Origin: a virus
Strand: one strand, 5' to 3'
DNA: 39,286 nt
IMG/VR virus record: IMGVR_UViG_3300014957_000001
Made by a program: the position numbers and the translations under genes. Of this stretch, positions 23,048-33,241 are shown piece by piece (positions within the stretch are counted from its first letter, which is position 1; each line of letters starts with the position of its first letter). Below the pieces are notes generated by a model. That model made no database searches, was not told the origin of the DNA, and saw only the letters and a program-made list of their open reading frames with translations.

Positions 23048-24160
23048 TTATGCAATACGGACAATTGTAAATTGAGCAGCAGGACCACCAGATGTTCCTG
23101 CGTCGGTATGTGCGCGAACAACAGAAGTTGCAGCAAGATAACCAGTCCAGTGTGCAGAATCAGGCCAGTTACCAGCTCCGTAATTATTTGAAGTAATATC
23201 CAATATGTCAGCTGTGGTTATTGATATAACATTAGTTGTTAATTGTGAACTGTTTAAAGAAATTCCAAGGCATCCAGTTACAGTGAAAGAATCAGAATAA
23301 CTTATTGAATATATACCGCTAGTATTTATAGTAAATGATGCTCCATTCGCTGCGCTGTCAGCATAAGTAATATCAGAACCAGTATTTGTGACTGTAGTGG
23401 TAAACCTCCGAATGCGGGTGTTCGTGCTTCCGTATCCGTTGGCGGTATGCAGTCTAACCATGCTTGTCGGCAAAGCTGCAATAGTTGATCCGTTTGCTTT
23501 AGTATAGTTTATGCAGCGAACTACACCAGCAGCCTCACCACGGACGATGGCAGTATCACCAGCGGCAGTCGTAATGTTAGCACCAGATGGAAGGATAAGA
23601 CTTGCACCATTCGTAAATGTTAATGCACCATCAAAAACAATTGTTCGCTCTGCGCCTTGTGCAAGAGTAATCGCTGTGATCGTAGTCGTTCCCGTAATAT
23701 GAACGTAGTTACCAGTAGCAGTCGTCAGATTAATAGTCGATGCACTGGCTATATTAGAACCTTGCGCTTCGTTTATCAAGCCAGTAATACCAGTAAGCGA
23801 AGTAATATCCGAGTTAGCACCAGCCTGCGCCACGTTCGCATCACTAACGGCCGTGTTTAGCTGTGCGATCGTGAATGACCCGAGAACAGCCGCATTACCT
23901 ACCGATGTAACGTGACCTGTTAAGTTGGCATTAGTGGTTACTGTGCCGGCAGTTAAACCTGCCGCCGTTCCAGTACAATTTGTTAATGTTCCACTGGATG
24001 GAGTTCCCAATGCGCCACCAGAGTCAACCTTTGTTGCAACAGCAGTTGCTACTGCATCAAAATCTGCCCCTATTTCTGTTCCTGAAACTACTTTTGAAGG
24101 ATTGCCAGTTAATAGCGCATCCTTCGCTGCATAGTCTGTAATCTTTACGTAATTAGACAT
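23048..24160 (-). CDS. Tail fibre / receptor-binding protein
   Basis: Thr/Gly/Ala/Ser-rich repeats with a GANSDITSLTG-type fibre motif and a beta-rich C-terminal domain. Located after the nozzle-like gene. G+C-richer than its neighbours. Confidence 0.7.
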   Translation of the reverse strand: MSNYVKITDYAAKDALLTGNPSKVVSGTEIGADFDAVATAVATKVDSGGALGTPSSGTLTNCTGTAAGLTAGTVTTNANLTGHVTSVGNAAVLGSFTIAQLNTAVSDANVAQAGANSDITSLTGITGLINEAQGSNIASASTINLTTATGNYVHITGTTTITAITLAQGAERTIVFDGALTFTNGASLILPSGANITTAAGDTAIVRGEAAGVVRCINYTKANGSTIAALPTSMVRLHTANGYGSTNTRIRRFTTTVTNTGSDITYADSAANGASFTINTSGIYSISYSDSFTVTGCLGISLNSSQLTTNVISITTADILDITSNNYGAGNWPDSAHWTGYLAATSVVRAHTDAGTSGGPAAQFTIVRIA

Positions 24161-24175
24161 AATTAATACCTTAAA

Positions 24176-25720
24176 TTATTGTAATCTTCCATTTTTTGTA
24201 TATAAATCAATTCGTTGTACAGATAGGTTAAATCCATTTATATCTGTCTCAATGCCAAATTGCAATACTTTTCCTGAGCCGGAGCCATATGATGATAAAG
24301 TATTGACAGACACACTTCCTGAGTATTCATCTATTCCATATTCTGCAATACCATATTCGGCAACTGAACTTATGCCTGATAATGTTTGTGTTTGCGAGAA
24401 ATAATTAACGGAAAAATCATATGCCCATTTAAAAACAACAGCTTGTGTTTGAAATCCAATTAATGTCAATATAGCCTTCTTGAAAATTGAAGTCTGCATT
24501 GGATTACCAAAATCAATCCATGTAGTAAAATATGACATCCTATAAGTGCTTGAATTGTCGGTATAACTATGATACTTAGCAAGGTTACCCGCTTTGCCTA
24601 AATATAATATTCCAGCTTTTGTTTCATATAATGCTTTAGGATTTATATCCGTCCATGTTGTAGTTCGTGAAGAACCATCTTGCAACGGGTATCTAAGATC
24701 AAAGCAATATGTTATCGAAGATGCGGGGAATGTAAGAAGATAGAATTGATTTACTCTGGAATAACATGATTTGACATTCTCAAGTGTCTCAAGTGATGAA
24801 TAAGTAATTACGTCATCATTAACATTCTTGCTGACGTTCCTCATTGGAGAAGAACCGCCCTGTATTGTTCTCATCAATGACCTAACTCCATCATTTGATA
24901 GAAATATAATATCTTCACCTGTGTTTTGCACAGAATCACGGGCTATACATCCAATGCCAATAATGCTATCGCTTAATGTCATGGTGGATGGTGTATTTGC
25001 GCCAGAGTAAAGTAGTATTTGTTTGCGACCAAATATAACAAGGAAGTTATTATGCGTCGCTAACGCAACAATCTCATCACCACCAAGAGGCCAAACACCA
25101 ATCAAATCTAAGCTACCAGCAGAGCCACCAGTCCACTTTTGAAGTGCTATTACATCACTCCATTTTATAGTATTCTTATCTGTTGTTGTATCTGCACACC
25201 AAACCCTGCCATATGCACTTGTGGCAGCATTTGCTTGTAATACAGTACCCGAATATGAAGCATGTTCAGAAAGCCTTCTAAATGTTGTTGTAGATACTGC
25301 GGGGTCATATATCAATGGGTCATAACCACGCTGAAAGAATACAGCCATTCCATTCAACTGAGTAAATAACCAATTGTTAGCAGAAATTGTTGGTGCAACA
25401 CCGCCACCTCCATAAGTTAGCGTAACAAGTGTTGTTCCTGATAGTTTGAATAAATACCCACCACCAGCAGCAAGCGTAGTTGAAGTTCCATCATTTAAGA
25501 TTAGCTCTCCAATACAGGTTATATTTGAAGTAGATAAATCAGAATTTGCAGTATGAGTTGTTGCCCATCCTTTCCTTGAGGCGATACGACCTGACTTATC
25601 AATCACGCAATTTATTGCTTCTAAAGCAAAAGTTGAAGCTAAATCAACAGGAGCATCCTGTTTGTTAACCCCCATAAATCCGGGTGCGCTAATAGAAAAT
25701 GGAGCAATTTGCTGGCTCAT
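24176..25720 (-). CDS. Tail tubular protein B (nozzle)-like protein
   Basis: ATG 25720 overlaps the upstream stop (TAATG). The N-terminus ...APGFMGVNKQDAPVDL...EAINCVIDKSGRIASRKGW parallels the N-terminal pattern of T7 gp12. 514 aa. Confidence 0.45.
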   Translation of the reverse strand: MSQQIAPFSISAPGFMGVNKQDAPVDLASTFALEAINCVIDKSGRIASRKGWATTHTANSDLSTSNITCIGELILNDGTSTTLAAGGGYLFKLSGTTLVTLTYGGGGVAPTISANNWLFTQLNGMAVFFQRGYDPLIYDPAVSTTTFRRLSEHASYSGTVLQANAATSAYGRVWCADTTTDKNTIKWSDVIALQKWTGGSAGSLDLIGVWPLGGDEIVALATHNNFLVIFGRKQILLYSGANTPSTMTLSDSIIGIGCIARDSVQNTGEDIIFLSNDGVRSLMRTIQGGSSPMRNVSKNVNDDVITYSSLETLENVKSCYSRVNQFYLLTFPASSITYCFDLRYPLQDGSSRTTTWTDINPKALYETKAGILYLGKAGNLAKYHSYTDNSSTYRMSYFTTWIDFGNPMQTSIFKKAILTLIGFQTQAVVFKWAYDFSVNYFSQTQTLSGISSVAEYGIAEYGIDEYSGSVSVNTLSSYGSGSGKVLQFGIETDINGFNLSVQRIDLYTKNGRLQ

Positions 25721-26364
25721 TACACTGCTACCCAAACGTCATTTTCAATAAACCGTGATGATTCTAATGCAATCTGATCTGCAAGAATCCCTTTAAACAA
25801 TCCATATGCCTCAGAACTATTTAATCCTCCATCCTCTCCGCGCTCAACTAAAGCACGAGCATATGCACCCATTTCTATTGCCTCATGCGGAAGTATTAAA
25901 ACGTCACTATCAGCACTCAGGTCTGCTTGCTGAACGTACAGATTAAAGTTTAAAGTATATGTCCCATTTGGTGTAGGGAATAATTCAACTTTGCTATCAG
26001 TTCCATCATTTGTATTCCATGCGTAGTATGCAGGATTTGCGTTACTGACTGTTGTAAGCTGTTGTTGGTCAAATATCCACTTAATCGGCGCATTTCTTAA
26101 CCTTGTTTTATTTGTTGTATCGTTCACTGATATATCTTTTGGCTTCAATCCAGAGCCAGTAAGCGTATATGTAGAAGTACCAGCAGAAGTAGTTAAAGGA
26201 AGCGTAACTGACATCGCATCCCAATCCCATGCATCCTCTACCTGTCTTTTGGCATCATTAACAAACTTGCCGATCAGTTGAGAGTAACTGTTTGTAGATA
26301 CAGAGGCAACTGACGATTCTCGCATTCTAGCAAGAACAGCATTTACAATTTGTAGATATGTCAT
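25720..26364 (-). CDS. Tail tubular protein A (adaptor/gatekeeper)-like protein
   Basis: 214 aa. MTYLQIVNAVLARMRESSVASVS...KRQVEDAWDWD resembles the N-terminal pattern of gp11-type adaptors. Precedes the nozzle-like gene. Confidence 0.45.
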   Translation of the reverse strand: MTYLQIVNAVLARMRESSVASVSTNSYSQLIGKFVNDAKRQVEDAWDWDAMSVTLPLTTSAGTSTYTLTGSGLKPKDISVNDTTNKTRLRNAPIKWIFDQQQLTTVSNANPAYYAWNTNDGTDSKVELFPTPNGTYTLNFNLYVQQADLSADSDVLILPHEAIEMGAYARALVERGEDGGLNSSEAYGLFKGILADQIALESSRFIENDVWVAV

Positions 26365-28526
26365 TGTTGATCTCGCTGTGTAGATGTTAATGCAGAACCC
26401 ATCATCATGCCGTATATATCATCATTTTTAATCAATGAATTCAGCAGCATATTCTTCTCTGAGGTTGGAAGTGTATTAATAATATCCAGTGCATCTTTAC
26501 CTGATCTCATCCCTTTTGATATTTCAGCACGAGTAGCTTTATTAATCTTACCTTCAAGTAGATCAACCCCTTTGTTGGCAGCAGTTGTCCACCTGTTAAT
26601 CCATGTAGGGAGTTTTGATCGTAATGTGTCTTTATCCAATATGATTGACAATCCACCATGTCCAGAATCAGCCATGATTTTCATTTTTTCTTTTTGTTCA
26701 ATTTGTGATGCAATATCTCTTAATATATTTTTTGTATTATTTGAAAAAGCATCATCAAATCCAATCTTGCCTTCCATAACTTTTTGCACTTGTTCAGGTG
26801 CTTCACCACGAACTATTTTAACAAAAGTATCAGGATTTTCTTTGTACATTTGCCTCATTACATCAAGCATCTCAACTCTTTCAATAGCTTGGAATGCTTT
26901 ATGATATTTACGCACATAGCCAGAACCCCATTTTTCACCACCAGCAGATTCAATCGCCTCATCTATCATTGGTTTTAGATCATTCAATACTTTTGATGCT
27001 ATAGTCTTTGAAAGTCTAGGATTAGAACCTGACGATAATTGGTCAATTACCTGATTTACTGAAAGTTTCCTTATATTATATAAAGCAAAAGGATCTGTTA
27101 TCCCTCCTTCACTAGCAATAGCTAGACGTTCTTTCAAAGTATTCAATACAAGCACTTCATCTGGATTTGTGCGAGTTACTTTGCTTGCAAGTTTTGCATC
27201 TATTTTATTGATAATCGGAGTTACATCAAGTGGCGTAAGACCCGCCCTTTCTATTCCTAATAATACGTCTTGTGCATCAGCAATCTTTAATGATTTTTCA
27301 GCGGCAATATCAACAAATGCTTTACTTGCATCATAATTCTCAAGACCACGTTCTACATGCCTAGCAATTTTTACATCGCCAGCCCAACCTAACTTTCTGT
27401 TAGCAGTTTTCCATGATTGATTTGCTTGGTTGCCAAATTCCGCATATAACTTTCCAGCTTGCTGCATTGCTCCTTTTAGTCCAGTATATACAGGTTCTCC
27501 TGTTGCTGGATGTGTATATGCTTCACCAGTAATTGGATTAATTGCTCTACCACCGATATTCTCAGATATGATTGCATTTTGTTCCACATTAGCTTCGCCA
27601 GCAATTCCAGCTTTTGATAATTCTGCCTCACGAACTTTGCCAAGATAGTTTTCAATTCTTGATTGCATTAATTTTCTTGCAACCGCACTAGATTCCGCTG
27701 AATCACCCCTTGCTAATTTTGCAAGTTTATTTAAATTATCAATCTCTTGTTTATCTCCAAGCAGTCTATAGTAACTTTCAGTATGGCTACTGGAAGCATA
27801 TTTACCCAATGCTTGCCAAACATCTCTATCAATTTCTGAAGTTGCTTGTGCAGCGGTTACATCGCTTGGAGCAGATTTTAATGCTGCTTTTATTGCTGGC
27901 AGTTCTTCACCAGCCACATCCTTCATTATTTTTCCAGCATTTACTTTTGCAGTACGTCCAGAAACCAAATCTATTCCAGCACCAACAGCTTTTGAGCCAT
28001 ATTTCAATACAGGAGGAAGAACCGCCATGGCTCCTGCGCCAGTTAATGCCCCACTTGTTGCATCACTTTTATCAGAAATTCCACCTACAACTCCACCTCC
28101 AAGTAATCCACCAGCAATACCAGTAGCATAACCACCAACCTTTGGGTTAATAATTTGCCTAGCAATTCCGCCTCCACCACCAAAGGCAGCCATTGCAACA
28201 GGGTCAAGTATTTCTCCTGCTGTTTCCCATCCTGTATCTCTAGCTATATCTGAAGGCCATAATTTTTCACCAAGTCCGGGACGAATAAGATTCGCGCCAC
28301 TGCGCATTAATCCAGACATCCCAGTAGCCACATCAGCAACACCAGCCAATACTGGATGCTCACCTCGCCATGCAGTAACAGCAGATTTTCTTTGAAATTC
28401 AGGAGTTACACCTTTTTGTTTAGCACTAGAACCAAATTGCGATTCCCACGCATTCATTGCTCTAGTTGCTTCTTCATCCGAAGGAAATGGATATTCATTC
28501 CCATCAGGCATAGTGTACATATCCAT
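26361..28526 (-). CDS. Large internal virion / ejection-like protein (about 721 aa)
   Basis: GGGAG lies 5 nt upstream of ATG 28526. Gly-rich hydrophobic segments. It is the third of three large genes upstream of the adaptor. Confidence 0.5.
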   Translation of the reverse strand: MDMYTMPDGNEYPFPSDEEATRAMNAWESQFGSSAKQKGVTPEFQRKSAVTAWRGEHPVLAGVADVATGMSGLMRSGANLIRPGLGEKLWPSDIARDTGWETAGEILDPVAMAAFGGGGGIARQIINPKVGGYATGIAGGLLGGGVVGGISDKSDATSGALTGAGAMAVLPPVLKYGSKAVGAGIDLVSGRTAKVNAGKIMKDVAGEELPAIKAALKSAPSDVTAAQATSEIDRDVWQALGKYASSSHTESYYRLLGDKQEIDNLNKLAKLARGDSAESSAVARKLMQSRIENYLGKVREAELSKAGIAGEANVEQNAIISENIGGRAINPITGEAYTHPATGEPVYTGLKGAMQQAGKLYAEFGNQANQSWKTANRKLGWAGDVKIARHVERGLENYDASKAFVDIAAEKSLKIADAQDVLLGIERAGLTPLDVTPIINKIDAKLASKVTRTNPDEVLVLNTLKERLAIASEGGITDPFALYNIRKLSVNQVIDQLSSGSNPRLSKTIASKVLNDLKPMIDEAIESAGGEKWGSGYVRKYHKAFQAIERVEMLDVMRQMYKENPDTFVKIVRGEAPEQVQKVMEGKIGFDDAFSNNTKNILRDIASQIEQKEKMKIMADSGHGGLSIILDKDTLRSKLPTWINRWTTAANKGVDLLEGKINKATRAEISKGMRSGKDALDIINTLPTSEKNMLLNSLIKNDDIYGMMMGSALTSTQRDQQ

Positions 28527-28528
28527 AT

Positions 28529-30286
28529 TTACTCCCACTTACCAGACTTTGGATTCCATTTTTTTGATCTTTTAGATTCTACTGCAGGCGCAATAATTTC
28601 TTTTCGTTTACCAGATAGTTTAAAGAAGTTATCAAGCTCACCACCTTTTACTCGGCTATTCCAATCATCAATTGTCTTTTGAGCAGCCTTTTCTCTAATA
28701 TCTGCCAGTCTTAACAATGTATCTTTATTAAGAGATATATTACCTAAAAATACCTCTCTAATGAAATCACGCTCATTTGGAGTGTTCATCATTTGCGAAG
28801 TAATTCCAAGTGCTTTCATCAATGGATATGTTTCAGCACCAGTCATTGCGTTTAACAATTCGGTATCGGTTACTACTTTTCCAGCATATTTTGACCCAAA
28901 AAATGCTCTAACTCTAGCTATATTTTTACGAATATCTGCACCGATACCCGTAATAGCATCAGAGGATGCAAGTTCCTTTTTTAGATTCGCTACATTATCA
29001 AGACTTCTTTTGGATTCAAGAACTTGTTCGTATTGTTTAGCATTAAATGCTGCCGCATCTTCACCAGTTTTCTTTGCCTCGGCTTCTCTTGACGCTAATA
29101 CTGGGTCTGTTTTAGCCATTTCTTCTGCGTATTGCTTTTTATATGCTGTATCAGATGGCCTATTTCCATATCCAGAAGCGTTTTCTGTTTTTGGTTTGCC
29201 AGTAGGCAGTTTTCTAATATCTTCAGCATCCTGTGTAGCACCTCGACGTATTGCATCTCGTATTAGTTCAGCTTTCTTCTTGGGTGTTAATACTTGTTCA
29301 ACTTGAACTGGTGCAGGTGCAGGTGCAGTAACGACTGGCGCAGGTGCAGGTATAACAACAGGAGTAACAGGCGTAGGAAGTGGCACGGAAGGCTGTTCAG
29401 CAGGAAGCGGTGTAGACTCTACCGAAGGATAATCTGGAATTGCATACGTCATTGCTTGATCTGTATCACTTTCCACGCGATTTCTAGGAATAGGGTCTAA
29501 TGTAAATCCTTGTTGTTTAGCAACAGAACTTATTTGAGATGGCGTTGGTGTAGCATCAAATTTAGCTATTCGTTTTGCACTAGATTCAATCATAGAGTCC
29601 ATAGTTACTGGCGCAGGCGATTGTGGTGTAACAGTTTGTGGCAATTGAGTGGCAACTTTTGTTTCAGTTGTTTTTTTATCTCCTAATCCTTTGGTTTGTT
29701 TATATTCATTCCATTGATTTATAACCTCTTGTGCAGCCTTATTAGCAGATTGCATTGCCTCATCATGAGTTGCATTATGGTATCTAGTTTCATTCATATA
29801 AACATTATTTGCTCTTACTTGAGCCTTTCCAAATACAGATGCGTCATTATCTTTTTCAGTAAATGAATTTTTACCACTCTTTCCTTCACCCAAGAAATAT
29901 TTCTCACGCGCTTTAAGTACATTAAGTTCTGCTAGACGCTTCTCAACAGCATTCGCCAATATACCTAATTTCAATTTATATTGAGGGTCTACTATCTGAT
30001 TTGCTCTAGCACGAATTGATGCAGGGTCTTCTAAATTTACACCTTGTAGATATGTTTGTTCTTTACGTGCCTGTTCCATTTGTGGATTGACCATACCAAG
30101 CATTCCGCCTCCAACACTAGCAAGCCCTGCGCCAGCCTTATACATACTAGATGTAGCGCGTTGATATGGATTTTGATTTGCATAAGTATTTGCTTGTGCA
30201 TCTATATTTGCTTGTTGTTGTTGCTGCACTTGCATTGGGTTTAATCCAAACAAACCAGATACAATTCCACTTAATTCATCCATCAT
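28529..30286 (-). CDS. Internal virion / ejection-like protein (about 585 aa) with a Pro/Ala/Val-rich linker
   Basis: ATG 30286 forms ATGA with the upstream stop. Linker sequence PLPTPVTPVVIPAPAPVVTAPAPAPV. Confidence 0.5.
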   Translation of the reverse strand: MMDELSGIVSGLFGLNPMQVQQQQQANIDAQANTYANQNPYQRATSSMYKAGAGLASVGGGMLGMVNPQMEQARKEQTYLQGVNLEDPASIRARANQIVDPQYKLKLGILANAVEKRLAELNVLKAREKYFLGEGKSGKNSFTEKDNDASVFGKAQVRANNVYMNETRYHNATHDEAMQSANKAAQEVINQWNEYKQTKGLGDKKTTETKVATQLPQTVTPQSPAPVTMDSMIESSAKRIAKFDATPTPSQISSVAKQQGFTLDPIPRNRVESDTDQAMTYAIPDYPSVESTPLPAEQPSVPLPTPVTPVVIPAPAPVVTAPAPAPVQVEQVLTPKKKAELIRDAIRRGATQDAEDIRKLPTGKPKTENASGYGNRPSDTAYKKQYAEEMAKTDPVLASREAEAKKTGEDAAAFNAKQYEQVLESKRSLDNVANLKKELASSDAITGIGADIRKNIARVRAFFGSKYAGKVVTDTELLNAMTGAETYPLMKALGITSQMMNTPNERDFIREVFLGNISLNKDTLLRLADIREKAAQKTIDDWNSRVKGGELDNFFKLSGKRKEIIAPAVESKRSKKWNPKSGKWE

Positions 30287-31668
30287 TGCCCCCACAAGTA
30301 TCTTGTTCCAGATGCCATTCCAGACAACAAATCACCCCATTGACTCTGAGCATTAGCTGGTTGCATAGTTAATGCCGCATCCTTTATTCCTTGACCTAGT
30401 AACATTCCAGATTGCGCTGTCGCAGCAGTTCCTTTTGCACCTATGTTAATTCCCATATCCATAGCATTCTGCCCTAAACCTTCTAGCTTTGCTGCGCCAC
30501 CAATTGCTGTTGCATAAGGATTATATGCTTCTGATTGTATTCCATACATTGACTTAAGCATGTCTCCACCAGCACCAACCATACCAGAACCAAATTTAGC
30601 GTAATCCATACCGCCTTGTGTCGCTTGTGCTGCCAAGCCTAAGTCTTGTTGTTGCAGTGCATTGTAATATGCAGCCAATTCTGGATTGGCAGCAAACTGA
30701 CCTGCATTACCACCAATAGCAAGTCCACCACGTCCTTGTGCATTTAATCGCTCTTGTATGCTTGCAAGTTGATTAGCTCTAGGCGCGGCAAGTAATGCTT
30801 GCTGTTCAGCCATATATTTTGCTGCTTGCTGTTGTGGAGTGATTGATAAGTAATTATTACCTAATCCCATCATTGTGCTTGATGCTTGAGCCATTGGAGC
30901 GGTTGCAGCTTGCGTTCCACCGTATTGATTAAGGAATCCACCAGACATATCCATCAACTGGTCTTGTTGTGCCTGTAATCGCGGATTAAGTGCGTAACCT
31001 GCGGCAGTTAGATTACCATTGGCATCATAACCAAATCTTGAAGCACCAAAGTTTGTCGTTACACCAACTGGTCTGAATTTAGCTGCATCAGCAGCAATCT
31101 TAGCTGCCTGAATTTGAGCGTTCGCACTTGTTTGTGCCGCGCCTCTTGCTGCATTGCCTTGAACAAGACCACCTATTGCATTCAATCCAGTTGAAAGCAA
31201 TCCAGCCTTATTTTGTGCTGACATAGCATCATAAGCACTTGTAATTCCACTAAATAGACCACTTGACGGATGTGTACCTTGGATGTTTGCAATAGAGGAA
31301 CCAATTTCTGAAGGAGTATATCCAGCAGATAGATAAGCATTTTGTTCTGCAACTGGCAATGAGTTCCATGCGCTCATGGCAGAACTTGCAGTGCTTGTAG
31401 GACTTACTCCAAATCCTGCGCCAGCATATCCGCCCATACCACCTGACAACATGCCTTTAAGCACGCTTCCACCACTTGCTGCTGATAGTGCGCCACCAGC
31501 TAATGCTCCAGCTGCCGCTCCACCAATACTTGCGCTTGTACCAAGTAATGCACCTGCCGCTGGGCCAAGATAAGCACCTACCACTATTGGAGCAACTGTT
31601 TGAACTATTGGACTATCTATAACCTCGCCAATAGCATGTTGAATTCCAGATACAAAACTACAACCCAT
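30283..31668 (-). CDS. Gly/Ala/Ser-rich internal virion-like protein (461 aa)
   Basis: AAGGAG SD. N-terminal hydrophobic Gly/Ala tracts. Low-complexity composition. Confidence 0.5.
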   Translation of the reverse strand: MGCSFVSGIQHAIGEVIDSPIVQTVAPIVVGAYLGPAAGALLGTSASIGGAAAGALAGGALSAASGGSVLKGMLSGGMGGYAGAGFGVSPTSTASSAMSAWNSLPVAEQNAYLSAGYTPSEIGSSIANIQGTHPSSGLFSGITSAYDAMSAQNKAGLLSTGLNAIGGLVQGNAARGAAQTSANAQIQAAKIAADAAKFRPVGVTTNFGASRFGYDANGNLTAAGYALNPRLQAQQDQLMDMSGGFLNQYGGTQAATAPMAQASSTMMGLGNNYLSITPQQQAAKYMAEQQALLAAPRANQLASIQERLNAQGRGGLAIGGNAGQFAANPELAAYYNALQQQDLGLAAQATQGGMDYAKFGSGMVGAGGDMLKSMYGIQSEAYNPYATAIGGAAKLEGLGQNAMDMGINIGAKGTAATAQSGMLLGQGIKDAALTMQPANAQSQWGDLLSGMASGTRYLWGQ

Positions 31669-31670
31669 AA

Positions 31671-32030
31671 TTAACTCCTTTTAACCAAATAATAATCATG
31701 GGCATCTTGGTTGTATTGCTCATAACCTAATTTAACGAGCAAGTCACGGATGCGAACATCATGCGTTGATGCGTATAAATTACCATTAAATTCATCGGTT
31801 ATTTTTTTCATCGCCGTTACCGTTCCTTTGGTAAATTTATCAAATAACAACCAACCTCTAACATTACCCGGCAATCCATATTTCTCAAGAACAATGATCG
31901 CGTCTTTAAATTCATGTACTGTTGCAGTCTCGACTATCTTTAGAAAAGCATCACAATGTTGTTTTAATGTTTCGCCTTCATAAAACCTGCCCCTGCGCTT
32001 GTGCAGCCATTCCTTCAGGTTGCTCACCAA
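31671..32030 (-). CDS. Hypothetical protein (119 aa)
   Basis: Open frame. Its start overlaps the upstream gene by 53 nt, so the true start is uncertain. Confidence 0.5.
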   Translation of the reverse strand: MVSNLKEWLHKRRGRFYEGETLKQHCDAFLKIVETATVHEFKDAIIVLEKYGLPGNVRGWLLFDKFTKGTVTAMKKITDEFNGNLYASTHDVRIRDLLVKLGYEQYNQDAHDYYLVKRS

Positions 32031-32280
32031 AAACCCCCTGTTGTCTTAATTGGTCAACTATTTCAGGAGTGGCTTCAATAAAAGTGCCATCCTGTATAAT
32101 TCCAGCAAGTTCACCTCTTTCATTTACAACAAGACTTCCGTCATCACTTACAATATATTTCTCGCCATCCACAATGGCGACACTATTTCTAACTGCAACT
32201 GGCGTACCGTTATACATCACAGTTCCATTAAAACCAGATTGTTGTGGTTGTGCCATACCTGAAGATAACATGCCATCCAT
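31978..32280 (-). CDS. Hypothetical protein (100 aa)
   Basis: AGGAG lies 5 nt upstream of the ATG. Confidence 0.6.
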   Translation of the reverse strand: MDGMLSSGMAQPQQSGFNGTVMYNGTPVAVRNSVAIVDGEKYIVSDDGSLVVNERGELAGIIQDGTFIEATPEIVDQLRQQGVFGEQPEGMAAQAQGQVL

Positions 32281-32288
32281 ATAAACTC

Positions 32289-32501
32289 CTAGTTTATTGA
32301 CTTTGGTCTGCCACGTTTAACTAACACCCTCTCTTGCCGCGTCTCATCGGAACTTGCTTCTTGGGCATCGGGTATGATGGTTTTTGGTTCTTCATGTTTA
32401 ATCTCCTCATAATGCGACTCTTTACGCATTGTCTCAATATCCATTGCATCGCTAAATGACACGGTATTGCCAGATTGTTTACAGCGAAATGTAACTAGCA
32501 T
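32289..32501 (-). CDS. Hypothetical protein (70 aa)
   Basis: Lies within the operon and overlaps the upstream stop. Confidence 0.5.
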   Translation of the reverse strand: MLVTFRCKQSGNTVSFSDAMDIETMRKESHYEEIKHEEPKTIIPDAQEASSDETRQERVLVKRGRPKSIN

Positions 32502-32863
32502 ATTTTTGAATATCCTAAAGAATAAGTTGCAGCATTAGCATTATTTGCTGTTACCAATAACCTAAAAGTAGCAGGAATAACATCATTAGCCGTTGTATTC
32601 GCAACAGCCGATAATCCGGGATATACACGATAAGTATTTGTTGAATTTGTTATAACTGCCGCACCAGCCAAGATAGTGTAATACTTACCACTTGCAATAT
32701 CTTTGCCTTGTATTGTAAGAGTTACAGAACCAGTACCAACTGTTGTCATATCAAGTACAACAATCAATCCTTTATGATAAGGATTATGAACATCAGCAAG
32801 TGTTTGTGTCGTAGTGCGTGACGCACTAGCAAGAGCAACTACATTCCCATTTTCTACACTCAT
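32495..32863 (-). CDS. Beta-rich virion-associated hypothetical protein (122 aa)
   Basis: GAGG SD directly after the terminator. Confidence 0.6.
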   Translation of the reverse strand: MSVENGNVVALASASRTTTQTLADVHNPYHKGLIVVLDMTTVGTGSVTLTIQGKDIASGKYYTILAGAAVITNSTNTYRVYPGLSAVANTTANDVIPATFRLLVTANNANAATYSLGYSKIC

Positions 32864-32874
32864 ATGAACCTCTT

Positions 32875-32897
32875 GAAAAAGCCCCCTTTCGGGGGCA
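32875..32897 (-). terminator. Rho-independent terminator after the capsid/decoration genes
   Basis: The minus strand reads GCCCCC-GAAA-GGGGGC followed by TTTTT. It begins 6 nt after the stop at 32903. Confidence 0.85.
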
Positions 32898-32902
32898 GTT
32901 TA

Positions 32903-33226
32903 TTACCAGACTGGGCGACCTACAAGAAACCGTCCAGTTGTTGATGCCAAGTCAATAGCACCAGCAGAGTTGTTCAGCAATGTTAGAGTTACTATATTTG
33001 CCGCTGTTACTGCGCCACCAATAACAGCATCAACAGTATCAACCCCTACTGATACACCCATTACAATATCCCCAAGAGCAACACCGGGGACTGTAATATC
33101 AACAGAAGCAAATGTACCAGAACCAGTTGCCGCATTAGCAAAATTTAATGCGGTTTCTCTAACAAGCCAAAGTTCACTGAAAGCACCTTGAAACTGCTTG
33201 CTGCCACGTTCAATAACTGTAGCCAT
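32903..33226 (-). CDS. Possible capsid decoration/cement protein (107 aa)
   Basis: Lies immediately after the major capsid gene and before a strong terminator. Strong SD AAGGAGG. Beta-rich Gly/Ala/Val/Thr composition. The role is assigned by position only. Confidence 0.4.
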   Translation of the reverse strand: MATVIERGSKQFQGAFSELWLVRETALNFANAATGSGTFASVDITVPGVALGDIVMGVSVGVDTVDAVIGGAVTAANIVTLTLLNNSAGAIDLASTTGRFLVGRPVW

Positions 33227-33241
33227 AATTACCTCCTTTAA

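Noticed and set aside
23048-24160. A diversity-generating retroelement targeting the tail-fibre C-terminus (BPP-1-like).
   Set aside because: I saw no reverse transcriptase gene and no template-repeat copy of the fibre 3' end in the genome.
26407-29500. Plus-strand ORFs 26407-26904, 27710-28126, 28356-28682, 28761-29306 and 29294-29500, opposite the internal-virion genes.
   Set aside because: They are antisense shadows of low-complexity coding sequence, which tends to leave the opposite strand open. There are no start signals and the composition is implausible.
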